A DNA stretch of 41,144 nucleotides from an uncultured virus (IMG/VR IMGVR_UViG_3300028586_000757) (IMGVR_UViG_3300028586_000757); one strand, 5' to 3'; positions 9,425 through 18,330 are shown, numbered from the stretch's first letter. Numbers and translations: made by a program. Notes: generated from the letters alone by a model not told the origin.

Positions 9425-9739
9425 ATGCTCTCTGCTGAACAAATTCTCGACCTCGCTGAAGAAAACGGCTTTCGCGCCACCTCCTACTGGGAGGGCTCCT
9501 CGGAAGGACACCGTCTTCCCAAGCGTAAGGAGATTTCCCTGTGGCTCCGCGACATCCGTCCGGAAGCCTGGGAAACCTTGATGAGTAACCTCACCGAAGT
9601 ACCCGTCAGCCTGATGGGCACTCGCATCGTATCGGGCAGTGGCGCCCTCGACGGACGCCTGTTCCCCGAGTACCGCGCGCTGCTTAATGGCGTCAACGAA
9701 AAGCGCGCCGCCATCGGGCTGCCGCCGGTGCTCGACTAA
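9425..9739 (+). CDS. Hypothetical protein (104 aa), tandem paralogue 1
   Basis: TAGGAC RBS; ML.AE.I.DLAE.N...YWE.SS.GHRLPKR shared with 9855-10169. Confidence 0.8.
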   Translation: MLSAEQILDLAEENGFRATSYWEGSSEGHRLPKRKEISLWLRDIRPEAWETLMSNLTEVPVSLMGTRIVSGSGALDGRLFPEYRALLNGVNEKRAAIGLPPVLD

Positions 9740-9854
9740 GCATCAAATTCCAACTACGCCGGCCTCTTTCCTAGAGCGCCGGCGTGTTTGTTCTCGGGCG
9801 CCGTGAGCCGTGATTCCTATACCAAAAAGACATTCTTTGATAGGACACCATGAC

Positions 9855-10169
9855 ATGCTGACTGCAGAAAAAATCATCGACCTGGCCGAAGCCAACAATA
9901 TCGACGCCTCCTGCTACTGGGAAGATTCGTCGAAAGGACATCGTCTGCCCAAGCGAACTCACATCAACCTGTCGTTCAAGAGCGTATGCCCTGACGTCTG
10001 GTTTGCACTGATGACCAACAACACGGAAGTGCCTGTCCGCTGCTTCGGCACCAGGCCGGCGACTGACAATCCGTCCACGGACGGTCGGCTCCATGCAGAC
10101 TACGCGGCTATGCTGCCAGCCGTGAACGCACGTCGTGCGGAACTCGAGCTGGCGCCGATTCGCGGTTAA
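9855..10169 (+). CDS. Hypothetical protein (104 aa), tandem paralogue 2
   Basis: Colinear with 9425-9739; own CTATAC (9817) and TAGGAC. Confidence 0.8.
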   Translation: MLTAEKIIDLAEANNIDASCYWEDSSKGHRLPKRTHINLSFKSVCPDVWFALMTNNTEVPVRCFGTRPATDNPSTDGRLHADYAAMLPAVNARRAELELAPIRG

Positions 10170-10285
10170 CGCTTCACATTATTTACGCTGGTGCCTTTGC
10201 AGGTGCCAGCGTTCTTCTTTTAGAGCAGAGACTTCCACGTGCGACTCGCTATAGATGAGAGGACAATTTTCAACCAGAGAACACC

Positions 10286-10933
10286 ATGAACCATTCCGAC
10301 AGCAAGCAGTACTACCTGCAAGACAGCCGAGGCAATGTGGGAGATAACATCATGTTCTGGGCCCCGGCAGGCGCCGGCTACACCTCGAACATTGACAAGG
10401 CTGCGCTCTTCACGGAAGAAGCAGCGTTTTCCCAGCACCAGTCGCGCCACGAAGACATCCCTTGGCCGGCTGAGTATGTGCGTGCACGGGTTCGTCCCGT
10501 GGTGGACATGCAATACGTCATGCATGCCGAAGCTTTGGCAATGCATCCAGATGCTACCGAGTTTCACCTGCAGCGTCCCGGCACATGGGACGGCAACGAC
10601 CTCATCTTCGTGCCCCGTACAGGCGTACGCGGCACCTCCGATTTGCGTAAAGCCCGTGTGGTCACGCGCCAGGAGTTGGAAAACGACGAGGCCCTGCGTG
10701 CACAAGGCGTTGCCTGGCCACGGGACTACCTTGAAACCAAGACTCGTCTGGCCGCGCCGGCATCGAACTGCAACATCGCCGATGCCCTTGCGCAGACCAG
10801 CAAGACGCTTATCCCCGTGCGAAAGCCGAAACCTGAGCGATACCGCTGCCATGGATGCGGCGTGTTCCTGTCCATCGGCAACTACTACAGCTGTTCTGGC
10901 TGTCCGCGCTGCGGCGCGGATAATCGCCCGTAA
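10286..10933 (+). CDS. Hypothetical protein with an internal domain duplication and a C-terminal zinc ribbon
   Basis: YYLQDSRGNVGDNIMFW..GYTSNIDKA..IPWP vs FHLQRPGTWDGNDLIFV..GTSDLRKA..VAWP; CHGC...CPRC. Confidence 0.8.
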   Translation: MNHSDSKQYYLQDSRGNVGDNIMFWAPAGAGYTSNIDKAALFTEEAAFSQHQSRHEDIPWPAEYVRARVRPVVDMQYVMHAEALAMHPDATEFHLQRPGTWDGNDLIFVPRTGVRGTSDLRKARVVTRQELENDEALRAQGVAWPRDYLETKTRLAAPASNCNIADALAQTSKTLIPVRKPKPERYRCHGCGVFLSIGNYYSCSGCPRCGADNRP

Positions 10934-10959
10934 CGGCAACCTTCATTTAGGAGAACATC

Positions 10960-11505
10960 ATGAAAAAGCTAACCCCGGACGAACGCGCCGCGCGGGATGC
11001 CGTGCGCGAAGACGCCAAGAAGGCATCCAATCGTGCCCGATGGACGACCAAGATGGAGGAGGTGACGCCTTTGATGGCCGAAGCCGCTGCGAAAGTCAAA
11101 GCTGCTCTTGGCGACAAGGACCTGTCTTTGCGCGACCTCTGGCTTGTGCTGGGTGTATTCGAGACCGAAGAAAAGATTGCCCTGGCCGGCGGTCATGAGT
11201 CCTGCAAGACCAAGTGGTTCGACCGTATTGCGCCTCGTGCTAATCCGGACGTGTACCCCTACTATGGTGTGTCGAGCTATTCGGTCAAGACGGCCGCTAA
11301 AGCTTCTGCGTTCCTCAAGGGCTCCCGCAATGGCTACGTCTACCTGACGGACCTTGGCTATGCCGCTGCACGGTGGATGCGTGAAACGTTTTCGACGCTG
11401 AACCCCGCTTATGGCTCGCCGCCGCACAAAAAGCCCATGCCAATGGACACCCTCGGCGACATGCCATTCCCGCGTTGGCGAGAATGGAAGGACTGGGACG
11501 TTTAA
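10960..11505 (+). CDS. Hypothetical protein (possible winged-helix-like C-terminal part)
   Basis: AGGAG RBS; YVYLTDLGYAAA resembles a wHTH wing (weak). Confidence 0.75.
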   Translation: MKKLTPDERAARDAVREDAKKASNRARWTTKMEEVTPLMAEAAAKVKAALGDKDLSLRDLWLVLGVFETEEKIALAGGHESCKTKWFDRIAPRANPDVYPYYGVSSYSVKTAAKASAFLKGSRNGYVYLTDLGYAAARWMRETFSTLNPAYGSPPHKKPMPMDTLGDMPFPRWREWKDWDV

Positions 11506-11545
11506 GATACCTGCTTGGCACTGCCAGGCGTTGAAAGGAAAATAT

Positions 11546-11935
11546 ATGTTTGGATACTCTGAACCGGACTTCACGGTCGAGAAAACGTTCGAGATGACTG
11601 TCAACGGTGAACTGCAACGAATGCAAATTCGTGTCGAGGTGCCGGACCCCAAGGCTGATGCATTTCTGGCGTCGTTGCCGGAGTCGTTGCGTAAGAACAC
11701 GCGGCCGCGAGACCTGAACCGCTACATCGCCCTCGAAAGCTTTGATGCCAAGGGTGAGCTGGAGATGGACGTGCTCCTACTGTACGCGGCCGGCGACAAC
11801 GCCAAGCTCGAGGCCGACTGGGAGCGCCTGGTTACCGACCAGCATGTGAACATCAAGGACCTGACTGGCTGGAACCAGCGAGTGCATCACCACGCTACCG
11901 GGTACTACCGTGGCGGCGGTGTCGCCATGTATTGA
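11546..11935 (+). CDS. Hypothetical protein (129 aa)
   Basis: AAAGGA RBS before ATG at 11546; terminator follows. Confidence 0.75.
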   Translation: MFGYSEPDFTVEKTFEMTVNGELQRMQIRVEVPDPKADAFLASLPESLRKNTRPRDLNRYIALESFDAKGELEMDVLLLYAAGDNAKLEADWERLVTDQHVNIKDLTGWNQRVHHHATGYYRGGGVAMY

Positions 11936-11952
11936 CCAACACGCATTCAATC

Positions 11953-11979
11953 AGCGGGCTCTTCGGAGTCCGCTTTTTT
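11953..11979 (+). terminator. Intrinsic terminator with a cUUCGg loop (repeat partner of 12407-12431)
   Basis: AGCGGGCTC-TTCG-GAGTCCGCT then T-run. Confidence 0.85.
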
Positions 11980-12037
11980 GTGGCGCTACGATACTGCTTG
12001 CTACACGACACAGTTACTAATTTTCTCGTGAGGACAT

Positions 12038-12388
12038 ATGAACATCAAATCTGCTCCCCTGTATGCTGCTGTCGTAGGTGGTCTGGTCAAAGGCTTCCAT
12101 GTCGTGGCCATCGACGTCAAGTCGGAAATTGACCGCCTGTTCTACAAAAACGAAAGCCGGCGCGTGCACACCCAGTGCATCGAGCTGACCAAGCCGGAGG
12201 ACCGGATGGACGAGTTCCAGGAAGACCGCGGCGGCGACCATGTCGTGTTCGTTGGCGGCGTGAGCGGTGGCGAAATGTTCGGCCCATTTTCAAGCAGCTT
12301 GCGGGCCGCCGAGTTCGGTGCTCGGGTTTGCGATGCGATGGACGATGCACAAGTCCGGTCGACCGTATTAACGGTGGTCAAGGGCTAA
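12038..12388 (+). CDS. Hypothetical protein (116 aa)
   Basis: CTACAC at 12001, GAGGAC RBS. Confidence 0.75.
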   Translation: MNIKSAPLYAAVVGGLVKGFHVVAIDVKSEIDRLFYKNESRRVHTQCIELTKPEDRMDEFQEDRGGDHVVFVGGVSGGEMFGPFSSSLRAAEFGARVCDAMDDAQVRSTVLTVVKG

Positions 12389-12406
12389 GCCACACATGCT
12401 TTATTC

Positions 12407-12431
12407 AACGGACTCTTCGGAGTCCGTTTTT
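12407..12431 (+). terminator. Intrinsic terminator with a cUUCGg loop
   Basis: AACGGACTC-TTCG-GAGTCCGTT then TTT. Confidence 0.85.
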
Positions 12432-12454
12432 CATGCGCAAACGGTTCAGGATAC

Positions 12455-12645
12455 GACAAAGCCCCTGGCACTCGCGCACCAGGGGCACTCCGCAAGGGCT
12501 TCTCTTGGCTATTCCACTCCAGGTGGAACCACCTCGCGGTGGCGGCGCTCAGCGTCCTGCATTCCTTGCTAGCAGCTGAGCCTTTCCGGTGGCGCCGGGT
12601 CTTCGCCAGCTTTCGGCCCTAGGCCTAAGCGAGCGGTAGACGGAA
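12455..12645 (-). ncRNA. Candidate ~190 nt structured non-coding RNA
   Basis: At least 5 hairpins on the minus strand with G-U pairs and GCGA tetraloops, ending in GCCCCUGGUGC-GCGA-GUGCCAGGGGC-UUUGU; -10-like CATACT at 12651-12656; no credible CDS. Confidence 0.55.
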
Positions 12646-12719
12646 TGTCTAGTATGCTCGTTTTATTGGCGCTTAAACGCCGGGCTCTACACGAAATTTA
12701 ACCATCAAAACCCTCGACT

Positions 12720-13250
12720 ATGGGCGTAATCCTTTTTCGTATCGTGGCCGTCCTCATGATTTACATCTTTGGGAGCATGGCATACACCGGCCTGCAGGAG
12801 TATCAGGCAGCTAGCGACCCGCTCCCTGCGCTTGCAAAGACTGAACCTTCCATGTGGAAACTTTTGGAAGAAAAACAAGGAACTGACTACAAGCACTACG
12901 CCCTCTACAACGGTAAGCAAACCTTCAAAATTTGCGAGGACACTAGAGGCTACATCGAATGCTCTCGATTCATGAGCAAGCGCGTTCAGGGCGTCTGTCC
13001 CGCATCGGCGAGAGGTGCTGCACGAGACACGGCCCCATGTCACCAGTTCCTCGGACGGCGGCTGGAAGCAGAGCCACTTGTCGTGGCCTACAACGACAAT
13101 GACCTAGTCGCCGTCAGCCGTCCCAATGGAGAACCGGTGCTCACCCCCGCGGAATGGACTGAAGCTCGCAGGGATTCCTTGGAGCGCATAGCACTGTGGA
13201 AAATGGGTATTGGGGTACTTTTCGCGTTGTTGGCGCTCTGCGCATTCTGA
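12720..13250 (+). CDS. Membrane protein with N- and C-terminal TM helices around a Cys-containing periplasmic domain
   Basis: Two hydrophobic segments; CTACAC at 12687. Confidence 0.75.
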   Translation: MGVILFRIVAVLMIYIFGSMAYTGLQEYQAASDPLPALAKTEPSMWKLLEEKQGTDYKHYALYNGKQTFKICEDTRGYIECSRFMSKRVQGVCPASARGAARDTAPCHQFLGRRLEAEPLVVAYNDNDLVAVSRPNGEPVLTPAEWTEARRDSLERIALWKMGIGVLFALLALCAF

Positions 13251-13287
13251 AATACTTGGAGGCGCCAAGCGCTGCACATGGTGAAAG

Positions 13288-13310
13288 AAAAACCCCGCCA
13301 GCGGCGGGGT
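13288..13310 (-). terminator. Intrinsic terminator (repeat partner of 14671-14696)
   Basis: ACCCCGCC-GCT-GGCGGGGT then T-run on the minus strand. Confidence 0.8.
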
Positions 13311-13315
13311 CGGAA

Positions 13316-14443
13316 TTATTGCGATTTGTCTTTCTGACGCTTGACGATGCGAGCCAGCGTATCCTCTCCTATGCGGAAGGGTTGTGAGAACGGCTGCGCG
13401 TCGACTTCGCGGTAGGCAAGCACGGTCGTGTCTGATTCTTTACGATACAGCGTGCAGCTGTGAACGTTTCGGAACCAGTCGCCGACGGAAAGCTCGCCGA
13501 ACGTCGTCATTCCAAGCATGGGCTCGTCGGGTGAGATGGACCCATTTGCCAGGCCGCGGGCATGCAGCTCGTACCCCAAAACTTCCAGACTTCGCTCTAC
13601 AGCACGAACAGCCGCGTTCGCGTACTCGGGTTCATCTTCAGTGCCTTCGGACGGGATGACCGAGCAATCCGAAAGGGCGTTGAGCACATCGCCGCGTTCG
13701 ATGAGGTATTCGCAGTGACGACCTCCTTCACGAGTAGCAGCCCAGTGCAGCTGTGCGTGTTCCCAGGCGGCTTGGCACACTTCCATCATCTTGAAAGTTT
13801 GTGCCGGCGTGTCCAGTTCAACGTCGTTCACGCCGTCGATGGCGGGCGCCGCCACTGCTGTACTTGGCTGAACGATAGCCAGCAGTTCTTCGCCATAGTC
13901 CTGCGTCTTCAACCAATTCAGAAGGTCTGTCTGGTCGACGAAGCAGTACAGGTCGCCGTAGTCATGGCCCAGCTGGTCTTTTGCACCGACGTGGTTAAAG
14001 ACCGTCGTCAGCACTGCTGTATCGAACGGGCCGAACTCCTGGCCAGAACAGTACAGGGCGATTCCTTGCGCAAGCTCGTTTTTGCCACCGTAGACGGTAG
14101 AAAAGCCTTCTACGGGATTGCGTTTTTCCTGCCGAAGCAGACGGGCAATGCGGTCTTTACCCGCCCACTGCAACCAGGGCATTGCATCGAACTCGGCCGC
14201 GGCCTTGTCGTCGCCTGTAGTCAGGATTGCGCGGACCACAAGAGGACCAGGTGCGACCAGCCGACCGGGTACCTTTTCAGGTTTAGCTGCTGCCAGGCGT
14301 GCCGATAGCACATTCCATGTGGTTCCTTCGCTTGCCGCGAGAGCCTCGTAAGCTTGGGCGAGAGTCACTTCACGCTCGAAAACGTGAGAGAGGTGCGCAC
14401 GCAGGAGACGGCCTTTTTGCTTGAAAGTTTGCAGTTGGTTCAT
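13316..14443 (-). CDS. Protein with an N-terminal 'glyoxalase superfamily' (Glyoxalase_8-type) helical domain
   Basis: FKQKGRLLRAHL...VTLAQAYEALAASEGTTWNVLSA fits the K..A+.LR..L....AxE.+A...G...WN.L.A pattern; AAGGAC RBS before ATG at 14443. Confidence 0.75.
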   Translation of the reverse strand: MNQLQTFKQKGRLLRAHLSHVFEREVTLAQAYEALAASEGTTWNVLSARLAAAKPEKVPGRLVAPGPLVVRAILTTGDDKAAAEFDAMPWLQWAGKDRIARLLRQEKRNPVEGFSTVYGGKNELAQGIALYCSGQEFGPFDTAVLTTVFNHVGAKDQLGHDYGDLYCFVDQTDLLNWLKTQDYGEELLAIVQPSTAVAAPAIDGVNDVELDTPAQTFKMMEVCQAAWEHAQLHWAATREGGRHCEYLIERGDVLNALSDCSVIPSEGTEDEPEYANAAVRAVERSLEVLGYELHARGLANGSISPDEPMLGMTTFGELSVGDWFRNVHSCTLYRKESDTTVLAYREVDAQPFSQPFRIGEDTLARIVKRQKDKSQ

Positions 14444-14625
14444 GTTGATTGTCCTTGTATTGTCGGGCCTCGATAGAGACAAACTTGATTCTTGTCCGGA
14501 GGTTCTCCCATTCCCCACAATCGAGACCCGTAAGGGCACTCGAACATGGTTGTCATTTTTACTACGCAGAGGTTCACCATTTCGCTTTGCGAGCGACGGG
14601 AGACGGCAGGCGCCTGCAACGCCTA
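14440..14625 (-). promoter_or_regulatory. Structured 5' leader with a 46-codon uORF (14580-14440) whose TGA overlaps the downstream ATG
   Basis: Hand translation MVNLCVVKMTTMFECPYGSRLWGMGEPPDKNQVCLYRGPTIQGQST*; hairpins AGGCG/CGCCU and CCGU..UCGC-AAA-GCGA..AUGG enclosing the uORF AUG. Confidence 0.5.
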
Positions 14626-14670
14626 TGTGAAATGTAGCAAATGACGAACTCGCGGTGGTGTTGGCACAAT

Positions 14671-14696
14671 AAAAAACCCCGCCGGTGGCGGGGTTT
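14671..14696 (-). terminator. Intrinsic terminator
   Basis: AAACCCCGCC-ACC-GGCGGGGTTT then TTT on the minus strand. Confidence 0.8.
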
Positions 14697-14723
14697 CGCT
14701 TTAAGCGCAGTTAAAGCGAGGAA

Positions 14724-15038
14724 TCAGCAGTCTTCGTTGTCGCCACGTGTCCACAGGTGCTGGTACTGGGTGACGTACTCGAGACGTTGCGCTTCATTCA
14801 TCTGCCCGTAGAAGCGGATGATGCCGTTGATGCCCTCGGTGTTGTACGCTGACGGAGTGTGCAGTGCGTAGAAGTCCACGGCATGCTCATCGTCCAGGCC
14901 CAGAGTACACCTGGCGCCACGGCACGCGTCACGAACCTCCTGCGTAGCCTGACTCCAGCAGGTGGCGTCAACAGGATAGAGTTCCTCGAGCTGTTCACGC
15001 AGTGAAGCAGGGGAAGGTAGAGCTTGGGATAAAGTCAT
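14724..15038 (-). CDS. Hypothetical protein (104 aa)
   Basis: AAGGA RBS before ATG at 15038; downstream of the Nudix fusion gene. Confidence 0.7.
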   Translation of the reverse strand: MTLSQALPSPASLREQLEELYPVDATCWSQATQEVRDACRGARCTLGLDDEHAVDFYALHTPSAYNTEGINGIIRFYGQMNEAQRLEYVTQYQHLWTRGDNEDC

Positions 15039-15103
15039 CTGGATTTCCTTGGAAAGCCGCACCTGAGTTGAATCAGGTGCGGCGAATGCAGTTTCTGATG
15101 TGC

Positions 15104-16309
15104 TTAGGCGACTTTGAGCACGCGCAGTGCTTCCGATACCATGCCCAGCGTCGAGTAATCGACAGGCAGCGCATACAGCGCGTCCAGCGATGCGATTTCG
15201 ACATAGGTGCGCTCGCTCGTTTCGGCTAGGCCGAACGCTTCACCACTCGATGCAGTTGCCTGCAGCTGTGCGAATTCCTCGTCGTTCAACTGGACAGCAT
15301 AGACGTGCACACGATGCAGCGACAGTGTCGCCACAAGTTGGCGAACGCCGACGAACTGGAAGCGGTTGATGTCTGTGACATGCAGGCCAGCCTCCTCGCT
15401 CAGCTCCTCGCTGGCATTCAGCGCCGGGTCCATGCCAGGCTTGGGCGAACTTCCGCCAGGCAGCTCGAACACGAAGCCGACGTCGTTGGCCACCGTGCTG
15501 CGGAACTCACGTACCAGCGCGATACGCAGAACACCGTTGGCATCCTTATGGCACGCCACTACGGCACTTACGTCCGGACGGGCGAAGATGATTTCGTTGG
15601 ATTTATGGCGCTGCTCTGCCTCCACCCATACGTTCACCTTCATCTGATAGGTGAAGACGAAGCCGCCGCGCGCGATGTAGCATGAGACGACCTTGGCACC
15701 ATCGAGGCGGTTGCCGACTGCTTTCTGGCAGGCGAGCCAGTTCTGGAACGTAGGAGTGCGCCAGATGAACAGCGGAACCTGCGTTTCACCACCAATACGG
15801 CGAGCACCATCGCCCAAACGTTTGATGACATCCGCAAACAGCGCTTCCATCGTCTCGTGGACCGGCTGGCCAATCTCCTTGACGCGCTCATCCAGATAGC
15901 GGCACTTCGTTGCCGTGGCCGGGCGGCCGTAGGCAACTTTATTAGTATGCAGGTCTTCGCCCAGCTCGAAGTTGGTCGTGAACGCTGGCATGCCCAGGTC
16001 TTCTTTCGTGCGGTCGATGACACGTGGCACCCAAAATGCGTTGATGTCGGCACGTTCGCGGGCTTGGCACTCCCAGGCAATCTGGTCGTCGTAGCTCCAC
16101 CCGGCAGTGCCTTTGTCAGTGACGTTGTACAAGAATCGGTACGACGGCACAGGGATAAAGACGGTACCGTCGTAGTTTTGACGAGTCAGCTCGATGATGG
16201 CAGCATGGCGCCAGTCGTCTTCATCGAGGCTTCGAGGCGACGGACCAGCCAGAAATACCGACTTGGTAATGGTCGACGGCAGCGGTTGGTCAGAAAAAAC
16301 GAGTTCCAT
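15104..16309 (-). CDS. Nucleoside 2-deoxyribosyltransferase-like domain fused to a Nudix hydrolase
   Basis: N-terminal VFLAGP..WR..FIP..QIAWE..FWVPR..TTNFELG; C-terminal ELPGGS....DPALNASEELSEEAGL Nudix box; CAGGAG RBS. Confidence 0.85.
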   Translation of the reverse strand: MELVFSDQPLPSTITKSVFLAGPSPRSLDEDDWRHAAIIELTRQNYDGTVFIPVPSYRFLYNVTDKGTAGWSYDDQIAWECQARERADINAFWVPRVIDRTKEDLGMPAFTTNFELGEDLHTNKVAYGRPATATKCRYLDERVKEIGQPVHETMEALFADVIKRLGDGARRIGGETQVPLFIWRTPTFQNWLACQKAVGNRLDGAKVVSCYIARGGFVFTYQMKVNVWVEAEQRHKSNEIIFARPDVSAVVACHKDANGVLRIALVREFRSTVANDVGFVFELPGGSSPKPGMDPALNASEELSEEAGLHVTDINRFQFVGVRQLVATLSLHRVHVYAVQLNDEEFAQLQATASSGEAFGLAETSERTYVEIASLDALYALPVDYSTLGMVSEALRVLKVA

Positions 16310-16431
16310 GATACTTCTCCTGTGTTGTGAAAATTGACCTATTCCACCTATAGCCATCGCGGACCGCTTAAATCCCTGACAAGACGCGTTCTCTACACAG
16401 GGCTGGACAACTACTCAACACAGAGGGCACC

Positions 16432-17106
16432 ATGACTGACCAAAACAACGACGCAACGCCGCTGAGCGCTGCTGTGCACGCCATTTACAACCTGAAGCAG
16501 CACCGCGAAGACCCGCGCAACAACCCATTCCCTGGCGAAGCTATCGGCATTCTGGAGGTGTTCGTCAAGGAGGCCGGCGAGCGTATGGCAAATTCGGACA
16601 CCTCCGCTATTCCCCCGGACATCGCGGACCCAGCACCTTTCGACCAGTGGATGCACGAACAGCTGTTCGCCAACCCGCCGCGGGCTGTCTCACCTTTCGA
16701 CGCATGGAAGGCTGGTCGAACGCTCGAGCGTCAAAACACCGCCAACACAACGGACGGCCCGCTGAACCAACGTGCGCTGTTCGAGCTGTGGTGGCAAACG
16801 GGTGAAACAGTCAACGTCAGCGTCAGGGAAGCAAAGCTGCGGACCTGGTATGCGGCGCTGGATGCACAGCCTGATGGCGAGTTTGACCTGTCTCAGGAAC
16901 ATCGTTTTGTCGAATGGGAGGCCCAGGGGTGCCCTAGCACGCGCATGACGGCGGCCCGAAATAAGTTGAAAGCTCTGCTCGACAAGCCTGGCGTCACCAG
17001 CACTGAGCTGCACGACGCCTACGTCGAGGTCAGCCGTGCGATGCCCCAGGATAACCAAGACCAGTTCTTCGAGGTGTGGGAAGCGGCATTGGCCGCAAAC
17101 ACTTAA
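16432..17106 (+). CDS. Hypothetical protein with short F(D/E).W...W.A repeats
   Basis: CTACAC at 16393, GAGG RBS, terminator at 17132-17160. Confidence 0.75.
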   Translation: MTDQNNDATPLSAAVHAIYNLKQHREDPRNNPFPGEAIGILEVFVKEAGERMANSDTSAIPPDIADPAPFDQWMHEQLFANPPRAVSPFDAWKAGRTLERQNTANTTDGPLNQRALFELWWQTGETVNVSVREAKLRTWYAALDAQPDGEFDLSQEHRFVEWEAQGCPSTRMTAARNKLKALLDKPGVTSTELHDAYVEVSRAMPQDNQDQFFEVWEAALAANT

Positions 17107-17224
17107 ACCCGGTCGTTGACGCCTGCTTTGTGCCCCGGATTCTTCCCGGGGCATTTTCTTACGTATGGCGCAGGGCATCTCCTATACAAGGCAGCAAGGA
17201 ACCAATTCGTTGAAAGGACATTGA

Positions 17225-18283
17225 ATGAACAAGCGAAAAACAGCAGGCATCGCTCAGGTCTCGCTTCAGGACCCAGCGCGCCAAGGCTTTTACAAGGTAA
17301 CGCAGGCGGACGGCACCAAAACCGTAGCGGAGTGGCGTGAGCATGGAAAAAATACCGGCAAGCGCTGGCACGTGTACGTGAGCGATGCCCCGACTATCGA
17401 AAAGACTCCAGTGGTGCTCGATGTGGCCAAATCTCCTGTTGTGGCATACACGCCAGCGAGTAAGTCCGAGGTGGAAGCCCTACTCAAGCGCGAGCCAACT
17501 GTCGACGAACAAATCGAGTCGGTCTACCAAGGCATGCTCCGGCACGGCGACCTGGATGAGCGCTACGTGTGCGATATCCCGCCAAGCCGTCAAGTTCGCG
17601 TGGGCGACCCGATTATTTACGGTAACCTGGACGACTGCCGTGTCGTGGCAGTTAAAGACGAGGGTACCATCGTCGTCTTCTCTCACCACGTCACCGAGCG
17701 TAAACACGGCGTCGAGCGTGACCTTGGCACGGACTATCGTGCAGTCTACTGGAACGAAGTCCTGCCCGTTGTCCAGGGCGCGACGGCATTCGCTCGGCAG
17801 TCTCGCCTCTACGGCGCATACTCGAACTCAACCCTGAAGTCGGTCATCTCGCGAGCGTTGCGCAGCCTGGACGATTCGCCAGAATATCAGCGCGATTACG
17901 TATGGACGGCAAAAGAGAAGGAGATGTTCCTCGATTCGGTTTTCGCCGGCCGAGAGCTGGGTCGCTTCATCTTCATCAGGCGGGAGTATCCGCACATTGA
18001 CCAGGTGCTGGATGGTAAGCAGCGCATCAACTGCCTGCGAGAATTCGTCACCAGCCGCCTGGCTTATCAAGGCCTGTACTGGCATGAGCTCTCCCACAAG
18101 GACCGTCAACTGTTCGAGGGCCGCAGCATTCAGTATGCCGACCTGCCTGAAGAGCGCTTCACCCACGCAGACTTCATGGAAATCTTCCTGGAAGTGAATA
18201 TCGCAGGTGTGCCTCAATCAGAAGAGCACTTGGAGTACGTCAAGACCCTGCTCGCACAAGAACGCGCTAAAGAAAAGCGCTAA
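17225..18283 (+). CDS. DUF262 (ParB/Srx-like, GmrS-type) domain protein, paralogue 1
   Basis: PEYQRDYVW, FLDSV, LDGKQR, F.EVN.AG motifs at the C-terminus; no HNH/DUF1524 domain. Confidence 0.85.
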   Translation: MNKRKTAGIAQVSLQDPARQGFYKVTQADGTKTVAEWREHGKNTGKRWHVYVSDAPTIEKTPVVLDVAKSPVVAYTPASKSEVEALLKREPTVDEQIESVYQGMLRHGDLDERYVCDIPPSRQVRVGDPIIYGNLDDCRVVAVKDEGTIVVFSHHVTERKHGVERDLGTDYRAVYWNEVLPVVQGATAFARQSRLYGAYSNSTLKSVISRALRSLDDSPEYQRDYVWTAKEKEMFLDSVFAGRELGRFIFIRREYPHIDQVLDGKQRINCLREFVTSRLAYQGLYWHELSHKDRQLFEGRSIQYADLPEERFTHADFMEIFLEVNIAGVPQSEEHLEYVKTLLAQERAKEKR

Positions 18284-18301
18284 TTAACCCAACTTTTCGT
18301 T

Positions 18302-18330
18302 AACCCTGGCCTTCAAGCCAGGGTTTTTTG
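18302..18330 (+). terminator. Intrinsic terminator
   Basis: AACCCTGGC-CTTCAA-GCCAGGGTT then T-run. Confidence 0.8.

Noticed and set aside
12455..12645. SRP RNA, RNase P RNA or a hammerhead/pistol ribozyme
   Set aside because: Diagnostic cores (SRP CAGG..GGAA..AGCAG, RNase P GAGGAAAGUCC, hammerhead CUGANGA..GAAA) are not present.
14540..14570. tmRNA-like tag (AATGACAAC, 'NDN') in the Glyoxalase_8 leader
   Set aside because: No tRNA-like acceptor or T-arm and no short tag ending in AA-stop.
1298..18330. Integron cassette array (many stops read TAAC, resembling RYYYAAC)
   Set aside because: No matching GTTRRRY ends with attC-type folds, genes lie in both orientations with their own promoters, and there is no integrase.
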